Assembly (NCBI GenBank): GCA_035221665.1
Contig: CM069140.1
Span: forward strand, 42,098,001 to 42,162,000
DNA from: Okamejei kenojei
Taxonomy: Eukaryota
DNA length: 64,000 nucleotides
Direction of reading: 5' to 3'
The position numbers and the translations under genes are program-made. Numbering within the stretch: the first letter of the stretch is position 1; each line of letters opens with the position of its first letter. Positions 62,810 through 64,000 of this stretch are shown here, piece after piece. A model generated the notes under the pieces. It saw only the letters and a program-made list of their open reading frames with translations, ran no database searches and was not told the DNA's origin.

Positions 62810-63255
62810 AGAATCAAGAGCGTTTTATTGTCATATGTACCCAAACGGAGCAATTAAATGTTTGCAACCAAGGCAGTTCGGAGTTTAGTTGGAGTTCATA
62901 GTGTTCAATAGCCTGAAGGTTGTTTGGAAGATGCTATTCTTGAACCTGGATGTTACAGTTTTCAGTATCCTATACCTTCTTCCTGATAGCAGGACAAGAA
63001 AGAGAACATGGCCAGGGCGGTGTGGGTCCTTGGATGATGCTGGCTGTCTTTTTGAGAGCGCCTCCGATAGATCCCTTTGATGATGGGGAAATCAGTACCC
63101 ATGATGGACCAGGCAGTTTTCACCACTTGTTGTAGTCTGTGTTCCTGGGCATTTGAGTTGCCGAACCAGATCATGATGCAACCAGTCAAGATGCTCTCTA
63201 CCGCACTCCTATAGATGTTTGAGAGAGTATTCTTCGACTTACTGAATCTCCTAAA
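62810..63255 (-). mobile_element. Rex1/Babar-like LINE 3' fragment
   Basis: ESILTGCIMIWFGNSNAQE...LQQVVKTAWSIMGTDFP...SGRRYRILKTVTSRFKNS in shifting frames. Confidence 0.8.
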
Positions 63256-64000
63256 TAATGAATGAATCTACATTTTGTTTGACAATGACTCTTGCCGTAT
63301 TAGTCTATTTCTTGCCATAGTAATCTACCTTCAGTATTTGACATATACAGGTGAAGAATACTGCAGATTCCCAGTAACTTACTTGGCTTCTTTGTGCTTG
63401 CTTCAAATTGGCATTCCTGACTGAAATGTCAACATACTTCTAATGTTGTCAGGCTGCCCAAACAATGAAAATTGCCCAGGTTAACCACAATCCAACTTTT
63501 TCTGACACAGTAATTCTTTTGACAATTTTTTTAATCAACCAATATGGGAATGGAATGAATTTTAATGAAATATAAGTGTCAGAGACTACCATCTCTTAGA
63601 ATTATTGAAACTAGGTCAAAATTCCACACCTGTTCTCCAAAATCAACTTTTATATTGTTAGAAGCAACGAAAGGTTGCCTGGCATCCAACAGGTGGTTTG
63701 TTTGCCGGTGCCAATTAAGTCATTTAAACAATTTACAGGTATTTTTTAATACAGCATAATCAGGTAATTGGCACTGATTTGGATTACAAGTCGATGGCAG
63801 ATAACGTTTATATATGATATGGTTATTATAATATACATCTTATAAAATTAAAAGTAATGTGAAAAAAAAAAATTTAGGGATTAATCTCTGCATTGGAATT
63901 GCATTCTAAGAAACATGGGAACTAGGCATGGGAACCATTGCAAAAGGAACGGATAATTGAGGAGATAGGTAATCAGAAGGAGTGCTTTGGTATTTTATAC

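Overview
AT-rich, non-coding vertebrate genomic DNA. The repeat families (CR1, HE1-like/V-SINEs, SacSINE/Deu-like SINEs, Penelope-like repeats) point to a cartilaginous fish, probably a skate or ray; this is inferred from recalled repeat families. No host protein-coding exon can be supported. The only long ORF (4241-5524, minus) is the RT half of a young 5'-truncated CR1 LINE. The window also holds a full-length dead Tc1 transposon (40975-42595), Penelope-like RT and GIY-YIG fragments, Rex1/Babar-like and older CR1 fragments, Harbinger-, hAT- and Helitron-like non-autonomous elements, and a 148-N assembly gap. An ~11.5 kb block (25120-36630) has no transposon I could recognise and looks like conserved regulatory DNA. 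Two ribozyme-like signals stand out. First, a 138-bp retroposon with an 11-bp TSD (40167-40304, minus) whose first 54 nt fold by hand into a complete minimal HDV-like ribozyme starting exactly at the element's 5' nucleotide. Second, about ten short Penelope-derived insertions carry a minimal hammerhead-like core; several have TSDs and share inversion or fold-back breakpoints. All folds and alignments were done by eye.
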